Below the pieces are notes generated by a model. The model saw only the letters and a program-made list of their open reading frames with translations, ran no database searches and was not told where the DNA came from. Positions 40,417 to 54,900 of a stretch of DNA of 58,172 nucleotides are shown here, in pieces. The position numbers and the translations under genes were made by a program. How positions within the stretch are numbered: the stretch's first letter is position 1; each line of letters begins with the position of its first letter. This stretch comes from Octopus bimaculoides (lineage: Eukaryota): the NCBI RefSeq assembly GCF_001194135.2, contig NC_068998.1, positions 16,431,116 to 16,489,287 of the forward strand. The letters are read 5' to 3'.

Positions 40417-42273
40417 TGTTTTCATGCATGTATGTATGTATGCATGCATGCATGTATGTANNNNNNNNNNTGCATATTTTTAAGATTTATTCACCGTTCA
40501 CTTCTTGTGCATATTCTATGTACCGTTCATGCAGTTTTGGTTACTTTTTCATTTTATAACTTATTGCACCTGAGCACTATATACAATAAGTTCATTATTA
40601 TTATAAGTATCTTCAAATTCCAGTTAATAGCAATAACATATCTAGAAAAAGATATTTACCTATAAATCCAACACTTGAGGAAGCCAACAGGTTTGTATTG
40701 CTTTGAGTAGATGAATCTGAGTTAGAGCCATTACAGGTTTCTGCAAGAAATATTTTTAAGACGTTACACAAGACCTAATGTTTTCCCTTTGATGACAATA
40801 GCAAATGTTTATAAAGATAGCTGCTTAGTTTGAAGGAAAATGCAGTAGCCATGGCCTTTGCCAGTTCTCTGAGACCAGTGAGAGAGATGTTAATAATGTT
40901 CTGCTTAAACTATTGCAAGGCAACACCTGTGATTAAAAACGTGAGCAGGAAGTGAATGACAAGGGATTCATGTTTTGGGGAGGAAGGATTGAATATAATT
41001 TTTAGTGTGAAGCCTAAATAAAGTGGGGTTAACACAACATGGGTGATTAGAGGAAAGACAAGTGAGATGGAAGTACTTGAGTAGTGGTGGTATGAGACCA
41101 GGCAGCTCAGCAAAGAGGCCATTATTGTAACAGTAAAAAAAGTAAGAGAGTAAAGGCAGTATGTTTTTGAAACAGAGGGTAGCTTTTCTCTAGATGTAGT
41201 GTGATGATGAAATGTGAAGTATAGTAGTATAATGTTGAGAACAATGAAAACTTTTTGAAAACTTTAAGTAGGCCTCTGAGCAGGTATTGCCACATTTTGG
41301 GCAAAATTTGATGCAGCTTCTCTGCTCGACTTTCTCTGTCATGATCACACACTACACACTTTCCTTCTAAGCATTGCTGTAAACAGTAGAAGTGAGCTAG
41401 AGCATTAAAACTTAATGTGCATGCACAGCAGAGTTTAAGGTCAACCTTTGCCAAGCAGCTTCACTCTGCATGCTTTAGCTTCGTTACTATGACAACAGTC
41501 TGGACACTTATTGATCAGACCACATATGTTTAGAGCTGTACTAACTGATGGCAGTAAGCTATGTTGTTTATTGTGGGATCATACAGATAACGGTAAAGAT
41601 ATGATCATATCTACAGAGTAATAAAGGAAGAAGGGTTGAAACAACACTCACCAGCAAGTGAGTTGACTGGAATGCACATCTCTCCTGGTAACTGGTAGAA
41701 ATCCTTAACAGAAGCCAAAACAAATCCTGGCATGCACTGACATATGCCATCCTTACACTTCAGATGCTGTTCAGCTGCACAATCAGCAGTAGTGGTGCAC
41801 TGTTCATTTACAATTGATTTTCCAGGTAACACACAAAAGCCATTTTTCAGCACAAATGGGAACTTGCAGCCACAGCGCTGTCTGGGTTTACATTCTGTTG
41901 AGGAAGGATAACAAACTGTTGTGCTATTGCACTCACTTCCAATGCCAGCAACTGATCAATACAAAAGTAAGATAACAGGAAAACAAAAAGATTTAAAACA
42001 TGGATAATATAAATAATATCAGTATTAAGTTTTGGTGCAAGGCCAGCAATTTCGGGGAGGGGGTAAGTCGATTACATCAACTCCAGTGCTCAACTGGTAC
42101 TTATTTATCAATCTGAAAAGGATGAATTTCTGCATTATTTGGGGCAATCAATTTATAATGTCTCAATAAACAAAGTTTTTGTTTTTCCATTTGGTGTGCA
42201 GATGTAGAGATTTTTCTAAGCTTGCTGCTGATGCTTTGTGAGGGTCTTCCATCTCTGTCGCTCTCATAAAATT

Positions 42274-42328
<55 letters not shown>

Positions 42329-45300
42329 TATACACACGCACAATGTGAGTGATATACAGAGAAATAGTGAGAAAGAGAGTATGGGAAATATATGGGAAGA
42401 GGGGGAATGTTTACAATGAGAAAATTTTAAAAGAGAGTGGCACACAGAAAGAAGGATTTTTTTCTGTAGCTGTCACAGATTTTTAAATTTTGAAATTAAA
42501 TGAAAATGTTCAAATTTAGCATATTGATGTAATTTTTTACTCTGGATCTAATTTTATGATTCCTTTATTCCAGAAAAATTTTAGTAAAATACTACAGGAG
42601 TTTAGATTTTGATCATTTTTACCCAATCGGAAAAACAAGATTTGGAAGCTAGTATTTTCTGCATGATAGCAATCTATCACAAAATGAAAGCAAAAACATT
42701 GACAACAAAGTTTTAAACCAAATGAAAGCAAAGCATTACAACGAAAGTTGTCAGAAGTTTTAATAAGTTTTAATGAATAAAGTCATGTGAAATGGTCAAA
42801 CAGGCATGTAAATAATTTACATAGAGATAGACAGAAGCCCTCGATATTGCATTACATGTCATATCAAGAGAGAGAGAGAGGAAGCAGCATGTATGAGAGA
42901 TATACATACACAGAGAGTGATAAAGAGTGTGGTAAACATATATAGAGAGGGGAAAGTGTAATAGGCATGTAAAGACTGATAGACAGATAGAGAGAGGTAA
43001 ATTGGTGATCTAAAAGTTGAGTTATTTCTTGTAGCAAATAATTTCGTTATTACTAATTATCAAAACTCTTCCCATTAGGACACAGAGTTTGAAAATCAAA
43101 TCCGTTTTTCTTAAGGAAGTGCCGTTTTGGAGCTTCTCTGTGATATAAACACATACACACACACACACACACATACACTCTCATTGATATAATAGATATA
43201 AATTTTTCCTAGAAATTAGCCGATATGTAAATATGTCACATGAGATGTAAACACTCATATTCTGTATATAAACATATAAATTCACTGCATTAGTGGGTCT
43301 GAAAGGCCAATTATTTTCAACAGAGCAAATGCTTCAGTTTTCCTGTGCATGTATTTCTACAATTCATATCATGTCATTTGTTGTTGCAAGAGAACTGTGT
43401 TTCATTAACTTGTAATGAGTTCATATCCTACCATAGATATGGGCTCCTATAGGCTGATTTGTCCTAAATATATTACATGAAAACGAAAGTTTTTCACAAA
43501 CTGACTCAGGAAGTTACTTTACTTGCTAGATACAGTAGCCAAGTGGAGGCGCAAAGGCCTAGTGGTTAGGGCAGCGGACTCGCGGTCATAGGATCGCGGT
43601 TTCGATTCCCAGACCGGGCATTCTGAGTGTTTATTGAGCGAAAACACCTAAAAGCTCCACGAGGCTCCAGCAAGGGATGGTGGCGAACCCTGCTGTACTC
43701 TTCCACCACAACTTTCTCTCACTCTTACTTCCTGTTTCTGTTGTGCCTGTAATTCAAAGGGTCAGCCTTGTCACACTGTGTCACACTGAATATCCCCGAG
43801 AACTACGTTAAGGGTACATGTGTCTGTGGAGTGCTCAGCTACTTGCACGTTAATTTCATGAGCAGGCTGTTCTGTTGATCAGATCAACTGGAACCCTCGA
43901 CGTCGTAAGCGACGGAGTGCCAACAACAACAGTAGCCAAGTATCCTTCAAATCACACCATAGTATCTTAAAAAAAGGAGGGACACATGGGATAGTGAGAA
44001 AAACTAAACTATGGTCGTCACTTGCAATCATAGGTGATTTGGTATCAGCATGTACCATGTTTTGCTAAAGGTTTTAGGTACCCATATATGTTACAAGTAT
44101 CCAAAAATCTATCACAACTCTCCCACTTTTGATTGTGCAGAACATTCAGGATGTGATAGCTGGAAGGAGAAAGGACTGCATCAGCACTAGTCTAGTATGT
44201 TATATATTGACCCTGAAAGGATGAAAAACAAATTTGATCACAGCAGAATTTGGACTCAGAAGGCAGAGAGCCAGAATAAAATATCACTATGTTTTCGGTC
44301 CAACATTCTAATAACTCTGCCAGTCAACCACTTTGTATAGTGAGTGTAGCCTTAGATACTCTATAGCTGAATAGAAAATATAGAGTGGTTATGACTTGAA
44401 TGCATTTGATCATAGCTCTGCTCAATCAAAACTGATGTAGAACTAAAGAACAACAACGAACCTTCACTTGCAGCCCAATATCCTGATATGTTATGGGACA
44501 ACCACTACATATTTTCTATAGTTTCATTATTTCATCTTTTAGTGATATAAATCTAACGTTGTTTAACACTAATTCAGTCTTCACTGATATAGGATAACAT
44601 GACATGCTCATTGTGAACTGCATTAAGCTTATCACAAATTGAACCATGACAGCACAGATCAATAACCAGTCAAAATTTCTGCTTCGAGCACAAAAGCACA
44701 CCCTGCTGACCATTCATCATGCTTAGGACAATTTGGAATCTTGGAGCAAAACCTAATTTTCTCATTTGTTTTACTATTCATTTGTCATTGACTCATTCAG
44801 CACAGTTTTTTTTTTTAACTCAATCTCCTGTGATAAACAAGGATAGATGTATATCTTAATGTACATACCTTTTCTACAAAACCCTTCTATCTCAAAGAAA
44901 TCTTTACGACATGTACACAAGTATATGCCACAAGAATTCTGAGTACAAACACTGTTGCTGGGACACTGAATGTCTGTTGTGCAGTTTGATCCAATATTTT
45001 GAGTTGATACTTGTATCTCTGCTATTTCCATAGTGATATTTTCATCATGTACCAGTAAACTTTTAATTTGTGTTGAAGATTCTATGAATATAAAATGATA
45101 CAATATTATTAAATTCATTCAATCATTAATATGAAATATTTCAAATATTAATATATACAAAAATTACACATAAATGATACACAAATAAGTCTTCTAACAG
45201 ATCTTGGATAATACAATGTTTTTATGGACTTTATATCAGTCCTAACTTATAGAATACCTAATGTTATGCTTAATGGATAGATATCTAAAACATCTGAGAT

Positions 45301-46188
45301 CCAGTTAACCAAAGTATTGCATGTGAATTCAGATAAAATCATAATAATAATGAAATTATTGTATACAGTGCTCAGGTGCACTACAACTTGTCAAAAGTGC
45401 GCATAAAGCATATGCAGTATTGTACAAATGTCTGGAAAGTGAACAGTGTATGAGTTAGATACATGCTTGTGTGTGTATAGAGGGGAGAAAATCAGGTGTA
45501 GTGTTGGCGAATCTCAGGAAGCATGGAAGTTTTGAAGGATGCAGTGCAAAGAGAGAAATTGTAAAGAAACCAGTCAAATGGAAGGTCAAGTTCTTGTTGC
45601 AAAATGGTAACCTGGGCAAGTCAGTGACTCAGAATTAAAGCTTCAGGTTGGGCCTCCCATGCAGGTCAGATCAAAGGATAAAGGCCAAACTAATATGGAT
45701 CACCTCTTCCCAGAGGTAAAATGGGTTTGCATAGGGCCAACACCCCCCTACTTAGAAGAAAAGCAAAGTTACAGAAACATTTCAAAACTAACAAGTCCTG
45801 GGAGAGGCAGGCTTTCCTTTGGGAAAATATATGAGGCAGAGTACTGTAGCAGATCTGAAAAATCAGGGATCCAACCGGAGAGTAGCAGAAAAGACAGTCA
45901 AAAGTCGAGAATGGTAAAGAATAGTCATCAATAGCCTGCCTATGGACCAAGGAGCTTAAAAAAACAAATGTACCAGTGGAATCCATATATATTTATATAC
46001 TCTTTTACTCTTTTACTTGTTTCAGTCATCTGCTGGAGCACTGCCTTTAGTCGAGCAAATCGACCCCAGGACTTATTCTTTGTAAGCCTAGTACTTATTC
46101 TATCGGTCTCTTTTGCTGAACTGCTGAGTAACAGGGACGTAAACACACCAGCATCAGTTGTCAAGCGATGTTGGGGAGACAAACATAT

Positions 46189-46219
<31 letters not shown>

Positions 46220-46932
46220 NNNNNNNNNNNNNNNNNNNNNNNNNNNNNNNNNNNNNNNNNNNNNNNNNNNNNNNNNNNNNNNNNNNNNNNNNNNNNNNNN
46301 NNNNNNNNNNATATATATACATATATACGATGGGCTTCTTTCAGTTTCCATCTACCAAATCCACTCACAAGGCTTTGGTCAGCCCGAGGCTATAGTGGAA
46401 GACAGTTGCCCAAGATGCCGCGGAATGTGACTAAACCCAGAACCATGCGGTTGGTAAGCAACCTACTTACCACACAGCCACTCCTGCGCCTAATACATGT
46501 TTAAATACACTATACATATATAAACAATAAATACCCTGATACATGGTGATGCTTTCATCATCTCTGAATATATTTCAGCTTATTCTGATCTTTTAGTTTT
46601 AATGACTTTCTTTCCTCACAACTGCCTATGTGAATGCTATATTAGTCACCACTACTGTTTCCCATCAAAATTTTTTTTGGCCTTGCAATAGGAAAGCTGT
46701 TTTTATTTTCAACTTCCATTTTTTTATTATTCAATAACTAGCACTTGTTATACTTCCATAGATTTTAGCTGTCATTGAGAACAATTACATGAATATTATA
46801 TTTTTCATAGTATGCCATTTCATAACACAAACTATCAAACATAACTCATTCTCATTTTCAAATGTGAAATTTTCATTTCCCTAAAACTGAATTTCATTTA
46901 TGACTTACCTTTATTAGTGTTGTTATTAACGC

Positions 46933-46992
<60 letters not shown>

Positions 46993-49150
46993 CATTATTA
47001 TTATCATTATTATTATTATTATCATCATCATCGTTGTCGTCGTCGTCACCATTATCATCATCATTAGTGTTATCATCATCATCATCATCGTTATCATTGT
47101 TATTGTTTAATTTTGAGGCATTAACCGAATGTGAGAATTCAGTATAATTTGACTTTGAGGCATTACGCCAGCCTGTTAATTCACTATAATTTGACTTTGA
47201 ATATGTAATTCTTGTTGGCTCAAACAGTTCTTCTGTTGAGGAAGCATTGTTGCATGGGTCTGAAAGGAATAAAATAAACAGTCCATGATTATTTGTAAAG
47301 GAAAATCTTGAAGAAAGCAACAAATAAACACAAAATAATTGTATAAACAAAATTTATAAACTAGAAACTTCTGTGTTGTTCTTATTTGTTTTCTTCCAAA
47401 ACTATTCTACAAGAACTTTCCTGGGTTTTTTTTCAATGAATTGTAGCCCAATATATGTCCTGAACATCAAATGTCCATTATAGCAGTCCTTGGTGAGTGG
47501 TTAAGAAGCTTGCTTCCCAACTATGTGATCTCGAGTTCTGTCCCATTGTATGGCACCTTAAGCAAATGTCTTCTACTATTATCCTGGGTCAACCAAAGCC
47601 TCTCACTCTTTCTAGTGACCAAATCTACTCAAAAGATAGTGGCTGGCCTGGGATTATAAGTAAAAGACACTTGCCAAAGATGCAACACAGTAGGTTTGAT
47701 CCCAAAATCATGTAGTTGGGAAGCAAACTTCTTACCTACACAGCCACACCTGCACTTGTCATACATTAACCCTTTAGCATTCATATTACCTTACCAAATG
47801 TAATGCTTATTTATTCACATTATTTTGAATTACTCAAAAGGTGACGAGCTGGCAAAATCGTTATCACGCCAGGCAAAATGCTTGGCAACATCTCATCCAT
47901 CTTTATGTTCAAATTCAAATTCTACCTTTGCCTTTCATCCTTTTGGAGTTGATAAAAAAAGTACCAGATGAGTACTGGAGTTGATGTAATCAACTTGACC
48001 CCTCCCCAGAATTGCTGGCCTTATGCTAAAATATGAACCCATTATTTTGAACTACTCATGTATTATATTTTTGTTTTGAAATTTCGATGATGTGATAGCT
48101 TATCTTTAGAATTGTAGGATAGGTGTGAGAGACTGAATATGGCCAATCTGTGCATAAAATAGATATAATATTTGGGCTGGATACAACTTTGTCACCAGCA
48201 GAGGTAGGAGCTCTCTGAACTTTGCCCAGGCTATTCTTATTCTTAAAAAAAAAAAACAGAAAATACCAACAAATGAGATTAAATGAAATTAAAACTGTTT
48301 AAAACATTTTATTGGTTGGTGGAAGGACATATCATTTACTTACCAAAAGAATTATTTTGTGGAAGGCACATATGGCTGAAGACAAAATCTTTCTCTAACT
48401 CAGATGCTGAGATTAATCCAGGTAGGCACTGGCAGGAACTCTCAAAGCAATAAAGTCTGTGACTTACATCACATTGGTCAGAGTATGTGCAGTTTTCTCC
48501 TAAGAGTAACTTATTTGGAAGAACGCAGTAGTTATTCTGAAGCAATAGAGGAAATTTGCAGCCACATTCTCCACTTGGCCTACATTCAGCTGTAGATGGA
48601 TCACACTTCACAGTCCTATTACATGGCTGACCAATTTGGGCCACTGAAAAAAGTATTAGATAATACAAGATATTCAAAAGATTATTACAGTTTTTGTTCA
48701 TGTGTAAATGTTCCAAGTTTACCATGTTTAACTATTCTTAACAGGATGACTCTTCGATTGAGCCCCTCATGTCTTTTACATATTTCTGACTTTGTTTTTC
48801 TCTTTTAAGCTGACCGAGTGAGATTTTAAGGGGTTTGGCTGCTTTTTCAAGCAGATCGAATGTAGGTTCTAACTTTGTCTTACAGATGTAAATATATATA
48901 CGGGGAATGGTTTCTTAAAGATTATTCTGGTACGTGATAACGTTTAACTTGCATATTCCTAGTATAGTACACAGCCTTAATACCTATATATTCAGTAGAA
49001 AGTAATTTTGAGACAACACAGCAATTAAAATATGGTTCATTAATATTGGCACAGCCATTTTGGCACAATTGTTTTGAATCCACTTGTTTGGTACCACTGA
49101 TTATTCAATGCTAATTTATTTGACATCAGATGTTTCAATTTCTCTCTTTC

Positions 49151-49229
<79 letters not shown>

Positions 49230-50155
49230 ATGTGTACATTTCTGCACCCTCTTACATGTGTATGTATTTGCCACCTCCAGGTCCAAAATGTACTATCGTC
49301 AAAATAGGCTAAATGTCTACTCGGTGGTGCCAAACAGTCAGTATCCAAGCAGCTGCTCTCAATCATTTTCTTCCACCTTAATATGAAGTCATAAATCGAC
49401 AGTGGAGTACAAATGGAACTAATTCTTCCATTTTTGTTTTATAGATATTATTTCTTCTTCAGACTTATCTTTCTTTAAAGGAACAATATCCTATTTCATT
49501 TTTACTTGTTAACTTTATGAAGCATCATAACAAAATCAGTGCTGGCTATAATTTCTATCGAAAATCTGTAGAGATAACCTTAAGAAGTGATGCAATAGCA
49601 CTGCTAACACAGTAGAACACAGTATTAACTTATAAAAGTGTTTCATATACTTTGTAGAATATCATGGTTGCATAACCAAATACATAACCAAATGGTTGCA
49701 TAACCAAATACTGTGTCCCTACAAGTCATTAATTTTATTTTTATTTTTTTAATTTTTTTTCATTCCTTCATATTTAATTCCACTCCTAGATTGACAAAAA
49801 TTCTTTAATTTAAAAATTTAACCAACCTCGTATGCAAGTATTCTTATCAGATGATGGTTGGTAATCTGCACTACACACACATCTGTAATCATTGCATTTG
49901 TGTGCAACACATGATGCATCTTCAGGGCAGTCTGTATCTTCACTGCAGTTTTCATAAATTTTAACTTTCTGTTGGATGGTAGTGACATCACGTTTGAATC
50001 TGCTGAGCACCACACCACTAGTTTCTTCCATTTGTGACTGAGACAAGTTTGTGACTGGAATTCCTTGGCACATACCTATCATAATAATAAACAGCAAGAG
50101 AATTGTCTATAATCCTCTAGATTTTGTAAATTCAATAAGAAATATCATTATCATT

Positions 50156-50186
<31 letters not shown>

Positions 50187-51857
50187 CTATCATCATCATC
50201 ATTTTAACATTCACTTTTCCATGCAAGCATGAGTCAAACAGAGTTTTTACTGGAATAGTTTTCTATAGCCAGTGGCCCTCCCTGTCACCAATCCTTAACT
50301 GTTTCTAAGCAAGGCAATACTTCCCCATGGCCAGATGAGTTTTCTTGGAATGTTGGAAATGACTGAAGTTCATGTACAATTACATGATATCAAGACAAAG
50401 AGACAAAAACACTCACGTGCATACCTAAAAAAAAAAAAACATATATATATACATATTTATGTATGTATGTATGTATGTATGTATATATATATATATANNN
50501 NNNNNNNNNNNNNNNNNNNNNNNNNNNNNNNNNNNNNNNNNNNNNNNNNNNNNNNNNNNNNNNNNNNNNNNNNNNNNNNNNNNNNNNNNNNNNNNNNNNN
50601 NNNNNNNNNNNNNNNNNNNNNNNNNNNNNNNNNNNNNNNNNNNNNNNNNNNNNNNNNNNNNNNNNNNNNNNNNNNNNNNNNNNNNNNNNNNNNNNNNNNN
50701 NNNNNNNNNNNNNNNNNNNNNNNNNNNNNNNNNNNNNNNNNNNNNNNNNNNNNNNNNNNNNNNNNNNNNNNNNNNNNNNNNNNNNNNNNNNNNNNNNNNN
50801 NNNNNNNNNNNNNNNNNNNNNNNNNNNNNNNNNNNNNNNNNNNNNNNNNNNNNNNNNNNNNNNNNNNNNNNNNNNNNNNNNNNNNNNNNNNNNNNNNNNN
50901 NNNNNNNNNNNNNNTATATATATATATATATACATATATACGACAGGCTTCTTTCAGTTTCCATCTACCAAATCCGGTCACAAGGCTATGGTTGGCCCGA
51001 GGCTATAGTAGAAGACACTTGCCCAAGGTGCCACGCAGTGGCACTGAACCCGGAACCATGTACATATGTATATATATATATATATAACAAAGTTATTTTA
51101 TTCCACATGGGTAGAAATATAGGAAAAGTAGAAGTCGAAAATGCACCGAGAATAGTTAAAATATTTTTTATTAATATATTTAAAGCTTTAACCGGTTTCA
51201 CAGTTTACACTGATTTTTAAAAAGTTCAAATAGCAAGACGTGGCTTATGTTGCAGCTGTTTTGCTTCTGACTAGTGTTTGAAGCTTGCCCTGTCTATATA
51301 AGGAGTTCATGATTCAAATTAGTATATGTTTTGAATAGGATTTGATTGTTAGAAGATAGTCACATGACTGGTCTTAGAAATTATTGTAGGTTCCTTGCTA
51401 TGTTCGTGGGTTAGTATCAAGTGAGAATGCTTGGCATTGTAGGTTAAGGCTAATATGGTTGATTGAACATGTCCAAACAATCGAAGCTCTGAATGTTTTC
51501 TGCCAAGTGTTTGTAGAGAATGAACACAATTAAATTTATAATCTTTTGTATGTTTCCCCCAACGTTTGTAGATTAAGGTAGTGTGACAGTATATTTTGAG
51601 CCTAAAAAGAAGACCAAGGCACCTGCCGAGACAGAATCAAGACAGCTGCAACATAAGCCACGCCTTTCTATTTGAACTTGTTGTTGATTGCTAGAAATGG
51701 GGAGTAGATACACAGCTGCTAACTGATGAAGGGTCATTCTTTGTATTACTTGTCCTTTTTGTTTCTCTCATTATCTGCATATTTAACTCATTTGTTTTCT
51801 TATTTCATGTCGTTTACTGTTGGTGATGTCCTGTACCCATATATGCATATATATATA

Positions 51858-51910
<53 letters not shown>

Positions 51911-51936
51911 TATATTATATTATTTATATATATATA

Positions 51937-51977
<41 letters not shown>

Positions 51978-54900
51978 AAGCATATTTCACTTAACAGTTC
52001 GACACCACTTTTCTCATGGTAAAACAATAGTTTTTCTGTGAGTGACAGTAGTTACATTTGCTAGATGCCTTCACTAAGCAGAATAATGTCTTCGCCACTT
52101 GACCCGTCTAACCTCTTCTAGGGCATCAAAAAGCTAAAATAGGCAGTGTTATCGAGGGGCGCTGCCTGTTCGGGATAAATTTTACAGTCATGGAAGTGCC
52201 GTCAGCCGAGCCTGTCTGAGGTGTGTGCAGAACGACGAAACCATTCTGCATTCACTCATCCAGTGCCCGAGCATTGCTGACCTGTAGGTTTATGTCAAAT
52301 ACCTGTTGTCACATGTAGGATGGATCCGGCTATCAGCTGAATCCATAGCGAAGACTTCCCTGCCGCCCTCCTTTGGCCAGGAAGAGCAGGCAATTTTTAT
52401 TTGTCTGGTGACTGTAGCGAAAGAGGCAGTGTGGTGGACACACTTGAAAGGGCTAAAGACAGACACTTTCCTCTTTGGCCAAGCCCTCAAAAACATTTTC
52501 AAGTTTCACTTGAAAAGGAAAGTGAGTGTGGAGAGGGAAATGTTGCCTTCTAGCAAATTTGTTGAAAGGTGGGTAAATGTTGGAAAAATGGTCTGTGTGA
52601 AAGGACCCATTTTGAGCATGCCCCTGTGATAAATAAAAGGAGAACAGATCTTGCCCTGTTGGTCAGGCACCCATGGTTTTTGTGTAGTTTTCCACAAGTA
52701 GCCTTAAAGCACTACCCCCTATTGGGAGTTTTATTTGTTAGATTTTCTATGTTATTTTTTTGTTTACACGCTTTTAAAACCCATTTGTATCGTCCTATCT
52801 TTGTCTCTTCACGTAACTTTACGTAAGCCCTTGTGGCCAATAAGAGAATTGATTATTATTGTTGTTGTTGTTGTTGTAAATTTTTTAAGGATATATTACT
52901 TAATGAAAAATTCTTCTTGATGCAACTGAACATCAACTCAGGAAAAGAACGACTTTCTTGGGTAGTTTTCTCTCGGAAGTTTTCTTGGCACTGACATGAA
53001 CCATTATTACATTCAGTATCTGGGTAAGTACAAGGATTAGTGGCATTGCAAGCATCTCCATAAACAACAGTTCCAGCATACTTGCAATACATGTCTGAGA
53101 CTGGTGAAAAGTTCTCTTTGCACACACACTGCCCAGAAGTACACTCCGCAAATTCATTAGGACAGTTTAGGTCAGTATTACATGACTCTCCAAGCTTGGA
53201 CACTAAAAAGACATAGAAGAAATAAAACACATTTTATTATGTTTTCTATACTTACTATATATGTTTCATATATTTAGTTTATTTTGTTTTCTGTTTGTTT
53301 TTTGGTGGGTGGTAATTTTGATGGGGTGTGTTTTGTGTACACTTTTAGCAATGGAATGCATATATTTTGGTTTTGAATTTGTTTATTTTCTTTTTAATTA
53401 TTTTCTTTTTAGTTGTTTCTGTCATAGGGCAGCATCCATACTGGGATACAACTTTGAAGGGTTTAGTCCAGTAGTTCACAACTGGGGTCCATATGGTCCC
53501 TGAAGGTCCATATAAGGTTTTTGGAGGCTAATGCAATGGAATAGTAAATTGGGGATCCACAATAGTATTTTAAGGGCCCCTGATGATATTAGAAATTTTT
53601 GCTTTAGATGTATGTATTGGTATGTATTACAAGAAACGGTTAGGTTTCTTTCTCTAGCATTTTATTTGATTCAACTTACACAAGTTAATATGTGATGAAC
53701 AAAATAGGAATTTTGAAAAAAGTTTCTCTAAAACTAGTTTCTAAACATTGAATGACAATGGGGATCCACCAGAATAAAATAGTAATCAAAGGGGTCCATA
53801 GATAGAAAATGGTTGAGAATTCCTGGTTTAGTCAAACAAATGGGCCCCAGTATTTGTTTTTTTTTTTAAGTCTGGCACTTTTTCCACTGATCTCTCTTAC
53901 TGAACTGCTGTGTGCGTCCCCCTCCCCCACCACTTAATAAGTGGTTTTGGATTGTTTTCATGCACATAACTTTGCAGTTCAGCAAAAGAGACTGAAAGAA
54001 TAGAATGATTATCATACTTGAAAATAAATACTAGGGTGNNNNNNNNNNNNNNNNNNNNNNNNNNNNNNNNNNNNNNNNNNNNNNNNNNNNNNNNNNNNNN
54101 NNNNNNNNNNNNNNNNNNNNNNNNNNNNNNNNNNNNNNNNNNNNNNNNNNNNNNNNNNNNNNNNNNNNNNNNNNNNNNNNNNNNNNNNNNNNNNNNNNNN
54201 NNNNNNNNNNNNNNNNNNNNNNNNNNNNNNNNNNNNNNNNNNNNNNNNNNNNNNNNNNNNNNNNNNNNNNNNNNNNNNNNNNNNNNNNNNNNNNNNNNNN
54301 NNNNNNNNNNNNNNNNNNNNNNNNNNNNNNNNNNNNNNNNNNNNNNNNNNNNNNNNNNNNNNNNNNNNNTCTTAGGCCTACCCCTCTTTCTATATCCATC
54401 CGGATTCCACTATAAAGCACTTTTCGCTGCATTTGATGTGTCCTTTCTAATTGTGCTACCAATCCACTTCCACTTTTTCTTAAATATTTGCTCCCTAATC
54501 GAAATTTGATTCGTTCTTTGCCATAGCTCCATATTGCTTATGTGTTCGGGCCATCTGATTTTAAGTATACTACGCAAGCACCTGTTGATGAATGATTGTA
54601 TTTGCTTATTTGACTTAACTGTTGTTCGCCATGTCTCAGCCCCATACAATAACACCGCTTTTACATATAATTATATGTTAATGAATTTTAACAGTCTAAT
54701 GGCTAAAACAAATAAAAAATGAAAGATAAAAAGATAAGATTAATATTACCAAGTTATTGAGATGGCAGGGTATCAAAAAAATATAAAACATTCTGAAATC
54801 AAATTGTGAAATTAAACTTAAATATTCTCACGTTTTACACATCTTGATCTATCAGGCGATTGTCTATATCCTTCTGAACAGATACAAATGTAAAGATCAC

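Noticed and set aside
45560-45960. ORF 45659-45934 as a host protein
   Set aside because: It looks like fused 5' and 3' pieces of an RTE-type element directly followed by a SINE, and has no splice context.
50062-50106. Signal-peptide-like TILLLFIIMIGMCQG|IP upstream of exon d, suggesting a second gene start
   Set aside because: The hydrophobic run is the T-rich polypyrimidine tract. The phase-1 acceptor at 50077-50076 fits the xxC pattern of the other linker exons and the upstream phase. An alternative first exon cannot be fully excluded.
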